From the NCBI GenBank assembly GCA_001179505.1, contig CDMY01000351.1:1-64000 (forward strand): a stretch of 64,000 nt of DNA, read 5' to 3'. Made by a program: the position numbers and the translations under genes. The notes under the pieces are model-generated. The model had not been told where the DNA came from. It saw only the letters and a program-made list of their open reading frames with translations, and ran no database searches. Shown here in pieces: positions 46,998-60,500 of this stretch. This DNA is from Vitrella brassicaformis CCMP3155. Lineage: Eukaryota > Protista > Chromerida. The number at the start of each line of letters is the position of its first letter. The stretch's first letter is position 1.

Positions 46998-49900
46998 ATG
47001 GAGGGCGACAGCACGAGCCCAGAGCCTCCGCAGGGCAACCCAGACGCCGATGAGACCCCAGACAACGGAGAGAATGGAGCAGAGGAGAGGGAAAGGGATG
47101 ACGGTGGTGAGAGGGAGGCGCCGGCGCCTCCAGCAGTGCGTCGTCGTGCGGCTCGGCACACCGTGGGCGCGGCTGCGTCTGTACGGGGTGTGGCGCTGAG
47201 CCCGCGGCCCGATGGGCTGCTCAAGGGACAGCCGGGGCCGTACAAGGCTCTCAACCCAGGTAATTAGTCAGCGGAAGGAAGCGACGAGCTACGTCTGCAG
47301 TGCTGGATGGATGGATGGCGGATGATGTGGTGCAGATTTGTTGGAGGCTGAGAGCTTCCCGTTAGACGACTTGAAGAAGATCTGCTCATTCCTGAAAATG
47401 GACGTACGAGAGGGAAAGACAGACAGACAGACATGCACTGCAGTGAGGACCATCAGTGTGTGTCTGGTGTGTGTGTTGGTGCAGACGGACGGGACGGAGG
47501 TGAGTCTGCTGAAGCGCATCAAGGCCCAGCACTCATCCGACAAAGTCCCTAGAACCACCGTACGTAAGACACACAGAGATAGATGGCAATCTGATCTGCC
47601 CGTCCATCACTGTATGTATCCCCCATTGCAGGTAGATCCCCGTCTCTGGGACCAGTTGATGAAGGACGACAGCCACCCCAACTCCGCACCATCCCAACAG
47701 CAGCAACAGCAGCAGCCCAACCGGATTGGTGCTGGTGCGGGTGCGGGGGGAAGGGGCTCGTTCGGCGGCCGGCTGGTGTTCGGCGGGCAGGGCCGTGGGA
47801 GGCGGTCGGTGGCGGGGAGTGGCCGGGCTGGCAGGCGGGCCGCGGCCGTCAACAGGGACAATGACGATGACGTCGTCATGGGTCAGACAGACAGATGAGA
47901 TGGATGGCGAGGGGAGGGGCAGGGGCTGGGGAGGGAGGGAGTTGTCTGGTCACTGTGTGTATGTGTGTGGTGTGGTGTGTATGGTGTGTGGCGTGGCGTA
48001 GATGACCCTTTGCCGCTGCCGCAGAACCTCCACCTGCTGCCGCTGGAGGGACTAGACCTATCGCACGAAATCACCACGCCATGTGGTCGGCTTGACGTGA
48101 CCACACACGCACACTCAGACACGGGCAACGACCGATCCCGATGTGTGTGTGTGTGTGTATGTGTGTGTGTCAGAGGTGCGCGTGGGTTCGACTAGCGACG
48201 TAGAGATGGAGGGCAGCCAGGACGGCCCCGACGCCGCCATTGCCGCCAAACAGAGTATCCTCAGGTAAGGGACACAAACAGACAGACCCATACGCACACC
48301 GTACACTCTCATGTTAGGCAAACAAATCCGTCTCTGTCTGCTGCGTGTCTGTCTCTGTGTGTCCTTCAGACGCCGCAAGGGAGACTCCCCGCTCATACAG
48401 AGGGACAAACGTAGGAAGCCAACACCACCACCACCACCACCAAAACACACACTCTCCCCACTCCCTGTCTCCTGCGCGAGTATCAGCCCTCCCCGGTCCT
48501 GGCAACGTCCGCGGCGGCCCCAGCAAGGGTCGTCCCGAGGCCATCCTGGACATCATCGGCATCAGCGGCACATACGACCACCCCTACATACCCAAACGGG
48601 AGAGGGACCAGTACGGCCTGCCGGGCAGGCCCAAGGAGATGCTCGTCTACCAGACCATCACCGAGATGAGCTGCCTTAGGAAGGACCATGGCGAAATGGT
48701 CAGAGAGAATGGCAAAAGCAATTGGGCAAAAGGGGAGGATCGGAGAGAGCAGAGGGGCTCATGCATTTGTCTGTCTGTCTGTGTGGGATGGGCGTTCGGC
48801 CACCTGATCAATCAGAGTGTGGAGGAGTTGCGCTATGAGGATTACCTGCTGACGGGCGAGATGGACGTCAAGGCTCTCGAGCCTGTGCCGCCGATCGCCG
48901 TCCCCGCTTTAGACTTCAACCGACACGACCAGGATGACCACAATATCGACGCACCCTCACCCTCACCCCCCTCGCCGCCCCCTGTAAGCAGCTCAGACAG
49001 ACAGACAGACCATCCTCCGTGTCTGTCTGTCTGTCTGTCTGTCAGGCGGCGGTAGCTGGGGGTGGTGTGGGTGATGTGGGCACTCCCCCTCCAGTGGCTG
49101 CTGGCTGTGTGGCTGTGGGTGTTGGTGTGGGGAGCAGCAGCGGGACCTCTGACGACGCCGACGAGTTTCACTCATGCCAGGAGGAGTCAGGAGAGGGCGA
49201 GGGGGACGGCGGCACACCGGTGCCCGCCATACCTAAGGACAAGGACGGCAGTACTACGGACAGAGGTGACTGACGAGAGACAGACAGGAGGAGGGAGGGA
49301 GGGAGGCAGGAACAGAGTTGCGTGTTGGTTGCTTTGTGTTCAGGTGGTGCTGCTGCAGCAGCGGGCACTAAGTGCGTCCGCTTCGGCGATGTGGTCGTCA
49401 TAGAGAGAGGCAGAGGACCGGCCAGTCAGGATTCCAGCAGCCCGAGCAGCGGCAGCGGCGACGGCACATCAGGCAACCACCGCCATCACCCCCTCTCCCC
49501 TCCCCCAGCAGCAGTACCAGCCACACCGCCCCTTCCCGGCCCACAAACCTCACCCTCTCAGGACGGCCAGGGCCCGCTCCGCACGCCGCCCCCCGACACG
49601 ACCACACAGAATGGCACACAGGATGACGGCGATGGGGAGGGCGATGGGGATGTCTTCCCTGACGGCGCCCCCTCAGAGGACGACAAGCGCCGCACTCAAG
49701 GTGGCACGCCTAATCCTGTCGTCAAGAAACGCACACGCATCGTGGCCGAGCAACAGCAGCAGGAGCAGGAGCAGGAAGAGCACCAGCAGGAGGGAGAGGG
49801 AGAGGGAGATGGTGTAGGGGATAATGGTGACTCGGGTGGTGTTGGTGTTGGTGTGAGGGTGTCTGTGCCTGGGCTGAAGCGCGCGATGGTGTTCAAGCTC

Positions 49901-50691
49901 AGCAAGGAGGGCATGCTGCACGAGCTAGAGGAGGGAGAGAGCAGGGAGGCAATAGGTGCGTGGCACCACACACCATCACATCAAGGGCGGTTAGCTGTCC
50001 TTTCACTCTCCTGCTTCATCTCTCTGTCTGTGTGTCTCTCTCAGCTGCCACCGTCCGCGGCCCCATCCCGACGCTTTACGAGGCGTCGGGCTTCGAGCGT
50101 CGGCGGCAGGCCATGGCCGTGTGGTCGTCGCACATGGGGGACCTCCCCCAGTCGCCGCCCCAGAGGAGCCGGTCGCCCCACAACCGACGCGCCACACTCA
50201 TGGGCACACCCACACCTCAACCTCTATCGCCCAGACGGGGTCAGTCAGTGTGTTCAGCAGATACGCTGCCTGCCTGAGGCCTCCCTCTCACCCACCCACT
50301 CTCTCTCTGTGTGTGTGTCTCTGTGTGTGTGTGGTTGTGTGTGTGTGTAGGTGTGAAGCGGTCGCATCCTTCGCCCAGCCCCGACGAGGACGATCAGGCT
50401 GGCGAAGAAGCCATGGCGGATGAGGTTGGTGGTGGTGGTGGTGGTTGTGGTGAGGATGAGGTGGAGTCCCCGCCACGCAAGAGGGCCAAGAAGGACAGGA
50501 GCGTCCGGTTCTCGCCCATCAATGAGGTTGGTATGCATTGCTTGCAAGAGAGGAAGACAGACAGACATGGATTGCATTGCAGGGACTATGTTGGGTCGCA
50601 TGTCATGTGTGGTGTGCACTGCAGGTTCAGATCATGGATAAGGAGGGGATGTTCCGCCAGTGGAGCCCCAACGGATGAGACAGACGAGTGA
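46998..50691 (+). CDS. Low-complexity nuclear protein with SAP-like motif, GLEBS-like motif, two RVxF-type motifs and NLS
   Basis: SFPLDDLKKICSFLKMD|TDGTEVSLLKRIK (SAP-like); YQTITEMSCLRKDHGEM|SVEELRYEDY (Nup98/Nup116 GLEBS-like); KCVRF; RSVRF; PPRKRAKK. Confidence 0.7.
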
Positions 50692-51529
50692 GCACCGAGG
50701 CTGGACTGGCGGACGGGCCACGCCACGCCACGCCGCGCCACGCCTCTCCTCCCATACTGACAGATAGCCACCCGCCCACAAAGCCATCTAGACATCTAGA
50801 CACACACACACACACACACGCACACACACACGCACACACGTCACTTCACACATGTGGATCGGATCGACCAGGAAGGGAAGGTTGTGGGCCAGGTCCGTGT
50901 GAGTGAGTCGTATCTATCGCACATTACATTGCACGCAGGGAGCCCTGGACGGTCGCCAGAATTCATGCGTGTCTGGCATGCACATCTATCCCATACACAC
51001 ATCAGCAAAGGATCGTCGTTGTTTGTCTGTCTGTCTGCCTGGCTGGCTGCCTTTGTGTTCGAGTGCAGTTTGGGGCAGGCGGGCAGGCGGGCACGCAGGC
51101 TCTGGGTGGGGAACAAACAAGGCTTGTCTGTGTTCTGTGTGTCTCGTTGTCCTCCTGGTCTGCCCTCTTGCTTTGCAAGAAAAGGCCAGACACACACACA
51201 CACGCACCCGACCCCACCCGAAGCCACCCCATCAGGGCGCCCGCCTGCCTCCTCTGTGTGTCCGTTGCGTTGCCTTTCGGTTCATTGCTGCCTGCCTGGA
51301 CGCGTGTGTGTAGAGAGTTTGGCTGGCTGGCTGCCTTGTGTGTGGTTGCAAACGTTGATCGGGAGGGACATGGTCGATTCGACGAACAGATGGATGAACA
51401 GATGGATGGATGGAAGGATGGATGAGTGAATGAGCTGTCGGTCGGCCGTCGACACCATCATACACACGAAATGTCATGGAGTCGACACGCAGCCTCCCAC
51501 CAGTCAGCCACACGAGCCACCGAGAGTGT

Positions 51530-54500
51530 CTATTCACAGGCAGTTAGGCAGGAGAAGGCCTCCGCTGTCAAAGAGTCTGGCCTCGCTGTACACGTCATCC
51601 ATTCACGCGTCACCTGCCTGCAGACACTGAGCTCACGTCGTACTCACTCACAAGCAGCCGCCGACAAACATCCTCACAAACCTCCCCGTCAGATCAGCGG
51701 CCTCGCCACTGATATCCCCGCTGCCATGGCACTGCCCCCCTCGCGCGTCGCACAGCATTGCGAGCGAGTCGAGGAGGGTGGCGAGGGACGACTGCGCTGA
51801 CTCTGACGCATCCTCGTCCCAGAACGGGGGCACAGGAAGGGCGTGGTTGCCGTCGGTGTCCTCAAGGGCTGATGTCTCCTGAAGACGTAACACGCCATTC
51901 CATATTCACCGTGTGTGTGTGTGTGGGTGTCGGTACCTACCTCTTCAGGTGCTTCGCCATCTCCATTGCCCTTCATGATTTCGCCGCAGAATGGGATGAC
52001 CTTCTTCCGTCGCTGTACCGCTGCCCCGTTGCCGCCGCCATTGCCACCCAACACGTCAGCCACACTTTCCAGCAAATGGATGAAATAGCCCCATTTGGGA
52101 AATGACGCATCGATGCCATCAGAGAGGAACGTGACGGACGCTTTGGGCTGAGACAGCCGAGTGGCCTCCGACCGGAGACGGTCGCTGAGGCCCTTCCACT
52201 CCTTGCGAGACACCACCAGACGGGAAATCACTGGGCTGCTTCCACCGCCCAGCACCACACAGGTCAGCACGGCTCGGGTAGAGGGAGACACGCTCCGCTC
52301 AGTGACATCCATGAAGGTCGCAGGCGACCACCTGAAGAGCACCTGCGCTTCTCCCTCCTCAGTGAGTCCCTCGGTCTCTTCGTCTGTGTCCATTAGTCGG
52401 GGGAGGGAGGGGAGCTTGTATGTGTTAGGCAGGGCGGCGAGCAGGGACAGGTGCAGCTGGTCGGTGAGCAGGCGGAGTGGGCCGTCGAGGGAGTGGAAGA
52501 GGGAGTCCTCGCGACGGACCGATTGCAAAGTCATCTGCACATTCAGCGCTGTCAGGCCTGAATCCACACCGCATAGAAACAAGCGAGCCGTGCGTGCGAT
52601 GGACGAGACATGCATACTCACCTGTGGCCCCATTGGCGTACGGCAGACCTCCCTCCTCTCCCTGCCTCGCGAGAGCGATGGGTAGGTCACTCCGCACCAC
52701 CGGCGGCACCTTCGACGCATCTATCGCCCCGCCCCCTGCGCACTCCGCCACTCTCAACTCGGCGGCCCCCAGCTCGGCTGACGCCTTCATCAGCTCAACC
52801 ACGCACACCAGTGCGGCGGGGTGCTCCCTGATGGGATGGAAATACGCCATCAGGCTGCGCACCCCTTCGCTGAAGAGGCGGTGGGTGAGGGCGGTGTCTC
52901 CGCTGGCGAAGGTCTGGGTGAGATGGAGACATGCGACGGTGACATTGAAGAGCTTGACGGCGTCGGGGGGTGGGCGAGGAGAGAGAAGGCGGTCACATTT
53001 GAGCAGCAGGGTGACACCAAAGACATACAGATACCCCACGTGGAAGGCGTCGGAGAGGCTGCACAGCCGGCTGAGGGCCTCCGTGATGTGGAATCTCGCC
53101 TCATCCAGCCTTGCCGTCTCCATCAGCCGCTCGGCCAACATCAGTTCGGCGTGCACTCGCAGCAGCTGGTGGGGCACATAGCGGCTCTGCGGCACCCTGC
53201 TGTCGTTGGCAGAGCGGCTTTCCTCTCCCTCCTCCCCATTCCCCTCCTCTGCCCTCAGAATGCCCTCGCCCATCTCCTGCTTCTCCAGCCACTGGGCCAG
53301 GAGGGATGGCGGGGGAGGGATGATGGGAAGACCAGTGGGCTCAGTGGGCAGCTCCTTTGGTGCGGCAGAGCGTAGAGGGATGTGCTGGTTTATGTCGAGC
53401 GGGTGCAGGTCGAAGCCGAACGAGCGGATGTTGCCGTCGAGGCTCTTCATGGCCGCATCCATGTGCTGGATCAGGAAAACCTGTCTCCTCTCCCAAGCCT
53501 CCCTCGTCTCGCCGATGTCAGTCCATCCCTGTGGCGGCCTTTCTGCCTTCGTGCTGACCTTCTTCATCTCCCCGAACGACGCTTTTCTCGGCTGAATGGT
53601 CTTGTGTCTCTCGCTCTTGTCTGTCAGAGTGGCGCCCTTGCCTCCTCTCTCCCCCCTCTCCCCCCTCTCGAGCACTCCAGGCGCTTGTATCACCACCGCA
53701 CATAGCAGCAGGCGCAGGTAAGCCACAGGGGGGTATGCCTGATGCATCCCCTCCACCCGCCCCAACACGTCCTTCGCCGTCACGCAGGCCTCCAAGAGCT
53801 CGCCCTTGAGCATCAGCATCTGGCACTTCGCCACGGCAATGTCCACGCGGCTCAATGGGTCATCAAACCCACTTGGTGCGGACGCAGAGACCGTCTGTGT
53901 GGCCTTTGGCGGCGGGGGGTGGGGCAGTGTGGCGAGGGCGGTGGTGCGCTCGGGTGATGGGAAGCGGTGGGAGGGTACGGGCGGTGCGGATGGAGGGGGG
54001 GCGTCCGCTTCTCGTTGTGCATGCTGTATGTGTGTGTTGAGGGCGCTGAGTCGGCCCTGGCGATAGAGCAGGTGCAGCAGATGGCAGCGCAGACGGAGCC
54101 ACACCTGAGCAGGCAAGTACACAGACACGGAGGGAGGGACACATCACACGGGTCATGCATGGCTGTCTGTCGAGGAAAGATCGATCACCTTGACATCCGG
54201 CCCCTTTCTCATTTGTCTCTTGGCCTTGCTGGTGTCACTGACGCTGGCGGCCTTGGATGACGCCGCCACTGCCGAGCCGCCCCCGCCCTCTCTCGGGCTG
54301 GCCTGGAGGCTGCCTGCGCTCTCGCCCTGCTTGGTTGCCTGCGGCTTGAAGGTCTGCATGGCCGCCAGCAGGTGCGCCACGGCTGCAGAGAGGGAGCCAC
54401 GGCACTCCTCCACTCGGGCCAGAGACCGATAGATGCTAATAAGCAAATCTGACTCGTCGGCGCTGCATCGCGTTGCACGACGCATAAAGGCACAGGACAC

Positions 54501-57500
54501 ACACATGACATGGACACAGAGAGACGTGGGTGAATGTCTGCCCCTCGTGAGCACCTGAGTGCTTTCGGCTGTGTCTTGTCGGACTTGGTATCCACTGGCT
54601 GTGGCGGCGGTGCCTTGCCCTTTCCTGCCGGCGCAGGTGCCGCCTTGCCCTTGGCAGCTGCCTTGCCGGCGGCCTCGGCTGCTGCTGCGGGTGGTTTAGG
54701 TGCAGAGGAGGTCAGGGCGGAGAGAGCCGCGTTGAGGAGGTCGTCTGCCATGTCGAGCATTGGTTTGTGAGGAATGTCTCCCACTTCCTGATGAGATCAG
54801 AGGAGATGCAGGAGTGTCTGACGGTTGGATGGATGGGCGTACCTGTGGCTGTGTGCGGAGTTGTTGGTGTGAGGCAAGAGCGAGCAGCCACTCGCCTCGC
54901 ACCACTGTCCAAAAGGCGCTGCAGTAGCCGTCGTAAACATCCATAAGACGCCTGCACCCCCCCACATGCACACACCAAAGGAAAATCTGCGGACTTCCAT
55001 TTCCTCCCTCCCTCCCCCCCCCCCCCCCCCNNNNNNNNNNNNNNNNNNNNNNNNNNNNNNNNNNNNNNNNNNNNNNNNNNNNNNNNNNNNNNNNNNNNNN
55101 NNNNNNNNNNNNNNNNNNNNNNNNNNNNNNNNNNNNNNNNNNNNNNNNNNNNNNNNNNNNNNNNNNNNNNNNNNNNNNNNNNNNNNNNNNNNNNNNNNNN
55201 NNNNNNNNNNNNNNNNNNNNNNNNNNNNNNNNNNNNNNNNNNNNNNNNNNNNNNNNNNNNNNNNNNNNNNNNNNNNNNNNNNNNNNNNNNNNNNNNNNNN
55301 NNNNNNNNNNNNNNNNNNNNNNNNNNNNNNCCCCTCTCTCACTCAGCCAGCTGCCACTGCCCCATCTCCGTCACCGCCTTATCGTTGGCCTCGTCATCAA
55401 TCGGCAGGTCGTTGCGGAACGGCGCCGGACAAGGGTCGGTGTTGATGGCGTCAGATCCGCCTCCCGTGTCTCCTCGTGAAGGGTCGCCATCGTTGCCTCT
55501 GGCAGGTGATGTGATGGATGAGTCGGTGGATGGGGTGAGGAGTGAGGGGAAGGGGAGGTCGTGGCCGCGCGAGATGGACCAGATGAGCCGCTGAGCCGCA
55601 GCAAAGTCGCCAATCCTGACAGACAGAGACACCGAGAAGGTTGCACTGCACATGGAGGGGTGTGAGGAAGCGTGTGCGGCCGACCGTATCAGAATGGATG
55701 CTCGCATGAGTCGCGACTTGCATGTTCTTTGGGCGTTGCGGCAGATGTCTATCGCGATGTGTTCGTGGAGTGCACAGATGCCCACGAGAGGCGCCAGGGC
55801 GAAGTCGTATAGCTGCAGCGTCTGCACGAACCACTCCAAGGCCTGTCAGCCACCATACCATCGAAGAGAGTAGGCATCATCCCTCCCGAATCGTATCTCT
55901 CTCTTCGATCTTACCTCCAGAACAGCGACTGGGTCGACGCCGCCCACGCCGGGCTGCGCAAACGCCCCCGAGCCCATCCGCCACCCCTTGACCACCTCAC
56001 GCACCCGCACGTCCCACACAATCCCAACACCGGTGCCATTGTTATCGTTGTCGGGTGGCGCATGTGTGTGTGGGGGATGTGCGGCGAGCAGCTGTGTGAT
56101 AATGGCTGATGCGAAGAGGGAGACATTGAGGTGCAGCGATGCCTGTGATGGGTGGACGAGTGTTGCGGTGCGGTGGAGGGCGAGGAGGGAGAGGAGGCAG
56201 CACTCCGCCCGTGTGGGTGTCTCGGGGGCACACAGCTCCAGCTGACAAGGCAAGCGGCATCCATCCATCCATATGTAGCATCACCCACACTCCCACTCTC
56301 ACCCACCTGTTGCCACGTATCGATGGCGTTGACACTCCTGTAAGTGAAGTCGACTGCCTCCCTCCAGGCCTTGCCCGCCCCCTCTGTGTCTCTGCCCACC
56401 CACAGCAAGTGGCCCAGCTCCAGCAGCGCCTGCACCACCAGGTTGGTCAGCTGCTTCTTGCGCAAGAGCTCAATCGTCTGCCGATAAGACGACACCAGCC
56501 GAGACAGATCAGCGTTGGAGGGCCGACCTGAGTGAGACGCACCAAAGGCCTTTTACCTCCCCTCTTTGTGTGTATGTGTGGAGTAGACGGAGGTTACTTG
56601 TGTCTGTGCTGCTGTTGTTGCTGCTGCTGCTGTCTGTGAGCTGCTGCACGAACTGGGTGAGTGTTCGTTTGTTCTGTCTCCACTCGACGATGGCTGCCGG
56701 GGTGGCCTTGCGGGAGCGGTCGACAGCGGCGGTGAGCAGACTGTGGAGGGCCCTGAACGACCGCAGCTCCTCATACTGACGGAGCGCCCCATACACACAC
56801 GTGTTTTACATGTGTGTCGGATTGTCGCCCTTTCCGCTCGCGCTCACCTGTTGGCTGAGCACGTCGGCATAGACTTGCTTTCTGTGGTTGTAGAGCTGCT
56901 CCTCATCAGACAAGAGACCAGCCAACGCCAGGGCCCTGCGTACACACAGAGAAAGGATCGCGTTGCGTGTAGAAGTGTGTGGTCCGCGAGTGTGAGCCGC
57001 CCGCACGTACCGCGCTTTTCTCCTGTCCTTGACTTTGTTGTAGTGGTCGAACTCTGCCTGTGTGGCCGAGACATGCTCCTCCGTGGCCTTGATGGCCGCA
57101 CGGCACTGCTCTATGACATGCTCTTGAGCGGAGAGTGCGAAGGGCAGCAGCTGACCTGCATCACCACAGACACAGTATGGTTGGTTACTCGTGGGCGTGT
57201 GTGTCTGTGTGTGTGTGTGTGTGTGTGTTGTGGGTATGGGTGCGTGTTTTGCTGACTGACCGGCGAATGAGTCGTTGGTGAGGGCGTTGAACTGTCTGAT
57301 GATGCCTATGACAGCCGGCCACTTGCGGCGTGTGAAAGCGCACTGCACAGCGATGCCCACCAGACGGCCCAAGGCAGGCACATCCACGCCGCTGCTCACC
57401 ATCCCTGCACTCACACACACATAGACACACACACATAGATGGGATGGAGACAGTTGGTGGGATTGGCTGGCTCACCTTACCTTCGAACCACTGGTCTTCT

Positions 57501-60500
57501 CCCCTGTCTTCGTCCCCCTCCCCCTCTCCCCCTCTCAGCTTGGTGGCCTCCATCGTACCCTCCCGCCCGCCACGCCAGGGCAGATCCAGCGCACTCCGGC
57601 GCGATGTCTCCTCCTCGGTGCTCTCTTGCTGCTGCTCGCTTCTGCCTTGGATGCAGGATGGAATGGCTGGCGGCTCCTGTGCCAGCTCTTCCAGCTGCTC
57701 GTTCGGCACCCACTCCTTCTCCCCGCCCCTCTCCTCCTGTCGTCTCCTTAGCACCGCCATGCAGTCCATCGTCACTTGGCACAACACCACCACGTCCAAC
57801 CACAGACCCTCCCTTGCCGCCGCATCTCCGCCCTGTTCTTCGTCTTTGTCCTCATCAGTGGTGCCTGTTGTGGGATTGGCAAGCTCGTGTGGCGTCGGGC
57901 AGAGGTGCAACAGTGCGTTGAGGGCGGCGAGTGAGGCCACCATGGCCAGCCGGGGGGAGCCGGAGAGGTGTGCCAGCACGGCCGCCTTAACGAGACAGGA
58001 CAGGATCGTCTCGAGCAGTCTCATGCCCTCCTGTCTCGTCACTTCTCTCCACGACGGAAGAGGGGGCTCCTCGGCGTCCGCCTCCTCTGCCCCCTCATCG
58101 TCATCTTCGTTCTGTCCCTCCCCCTCTCTCTCTTCGCCTGTAGTCTCTGGCTCAGCAACAGCAGCAGCAGCAGCGGGGACTCTCTCCACCTCGGGTAGCT
58201 GCAGCTGCATGACGTCATAGAAGGCGAAGTGGCCAGGAGGGATGGAGAACACCTCCCTGTCGCTCTCCTCATCGCCGCTCTCTGCTTCCGGCGGCTGTGC
58301 CTTGAGTCTCTTCTGCAGCTGGGCGAGGGCCAGTGAGGCTTTGAGAATCATCACCTCTGCCAGCCAAGCGGCCGACGGGTGACGCATGACCTTCTCCCGC
58401 AGCTCCAGGCTGGTGGGCGGGGGCGGTGGTGGCTCCTCTGCCTCCTCGCCTTCATCACCCTGCTCGCCGGATTCCTCTCCTTCTTCGCCCTCCTCCCCTT
58501 CCTCTGTGTCTTTGGCCTTTGTCTCTTCGGTTGGCGGCAGGGTGACGGCTGATAGAGGAGCCGACTCGATGACGGACGCATCTGTGGTTACGAACGCCCT
58601 CTCGATGCCGACTATGTCTTCTACAGTCTGGCTGACGCCCTCTGACTCATCACCGCCACCCATCTTCTCCGCGACCTCATCCACAGCTGCCAAATCCTCC
58701 GTCTGCTCGTCTGCCCCCCTCAGTCCCTTTACAGTGAGGAATCTCCTCAGGCTCAGCACCGCCACTTGCGCCCACAGCGGGTGATCGACAGGCAAGGTGC
58801 CGTCGCGACACACCTGCAGCGCAGCACCGTACTTGCCATCGCCAAAGTGCCGGAGGATCGTCGTCAGTGGCTCCTTGGCTGCATCGTGTCCGTGCTCTGT
58901 GGATGGCAGGAGAGTGAACAGCCGCGAGGGAATGTCAGACGATGTGAAGTGCCCGGTGAGTGCGAGAAGCAGGGTGAGGTCTCCAACGCCCTTGAGCTGG
59001 CCCACCAGTGGCTGCACGGCGGGCGAGGCCGTGTAGCGGTCGGCAGAGTCGCTTGACAGAAGGGGAGGAAGGTAGGGAAGCTGGCTGAGCTGTGTGGCGG
59101 CTGTGATGATGTGGAACACCAGTGAGGCCACCGTTGCCCTGGCCTGGGGGTCCCAACCCACTCGAGGCTCGCCGTTGGCATCATCCCCCTCTGCTGATTC
59201 TGATGTTGCTGCGATGCCCTCCACAGCCACGATGGCCTTACTGAACGCCTGAAGGAAAAAAGATAGTGGGAAGAAACGGTGTGTGTGTGCGGGGGTGCGT
59301 GTGCGGACCTCCAGTAGCTGTGCTGGTTTGGTCTTGAGGGTGAGGAATGGCTGGGCGCTCCAGAGGATCAGAGACACACACCGGAAGACCGTCTCGCTCT
59401 CACCAGACCTACACACACAAGCGGCAAATGGGCAGAGAAAGGACACAGCACGTGAAGACGTACAGCAGGTACCTCCTGGCGGCGTCGAGAGCGATGAGGA
59501 CCTCATTGAGCATGCGAAAGATGGCCACCTGCATTGTATGTAAACGAACAAGGAAGAAAAGAGTGATGCTGCTGCGTCACCTGTCTACCTACCTGTGCAG
59601 CACGATTGCACGGGAAGGGAAGACTGGGCTGCTGCTGGACAACCCTCTCGTACTGACGAATGTCGACAAGAAAGAGGCAATCGATCATTCCGTTTGTGCT
59701 GCTGTGTGTGTCTGTATGCGGGTACTTTGTTGCATATGCATTTGGCAAAGCCATCCAGTACTGCCGTGCCGATCCTGTCTGCAGAAAGCACACACGTGCC
59801 ATCCCATCTCGTGTCTCTCACCGACCTGCCCACCTACCGGCGACATCGGTTTTGAGCTGCCACTCGCCCAGGCCCCCCCTCCATGCGTGTTTCGGCTTCC
59901 GCTCGCACATCCACAGCCACAGCTGGCGCCAACACGCGTCCAGCACCGCAACCACATCCAGCCGCTGGGCCACCTCGAGCACCCGACACAGCAGTAAAGG
60001 AACAGGCAGAGGCAGGTACGTGCCTGTGGGAAAGAGAGACATCTGTCAATGTTGATATGGGTGTGTGGCTGTGTGCATGGTTGCCTATGGTGGGTGAGGT
60101 GGGGCTGATCTGTATGTCAGTTGGCGGAGGGAGGGGGTCCCCCCCGCTGGTGCGGATCTGGTGCTTGAGCTGCCGCAGGGTGGCCATGCCCTCATCGCCA
60201 CTCTCTGCAGCGGCCGTCAGGGCGTCGCTGTAGGACGTGCTCTCGTACGCACACGCAACTGAGCCACACAAAGACACACACACACAAAGACACACACACC
60301 CCCAATCCACACGTCCCCCGCCCCTCCTCTCTTGATCTGCCATTCATTCATCATTACAAACATAATGTGCATTTGGCGTCAGGTCCCGTATCTCCACTGC
60401 CGTCGCGCCCCGCTGCGCCACGCCAGCACCCTTGAGGTGCGTGTGGATCGTCGCCACCATCACCGACGTCCCTCCGCCGTAGGGCTTGCCGTACGCCACC

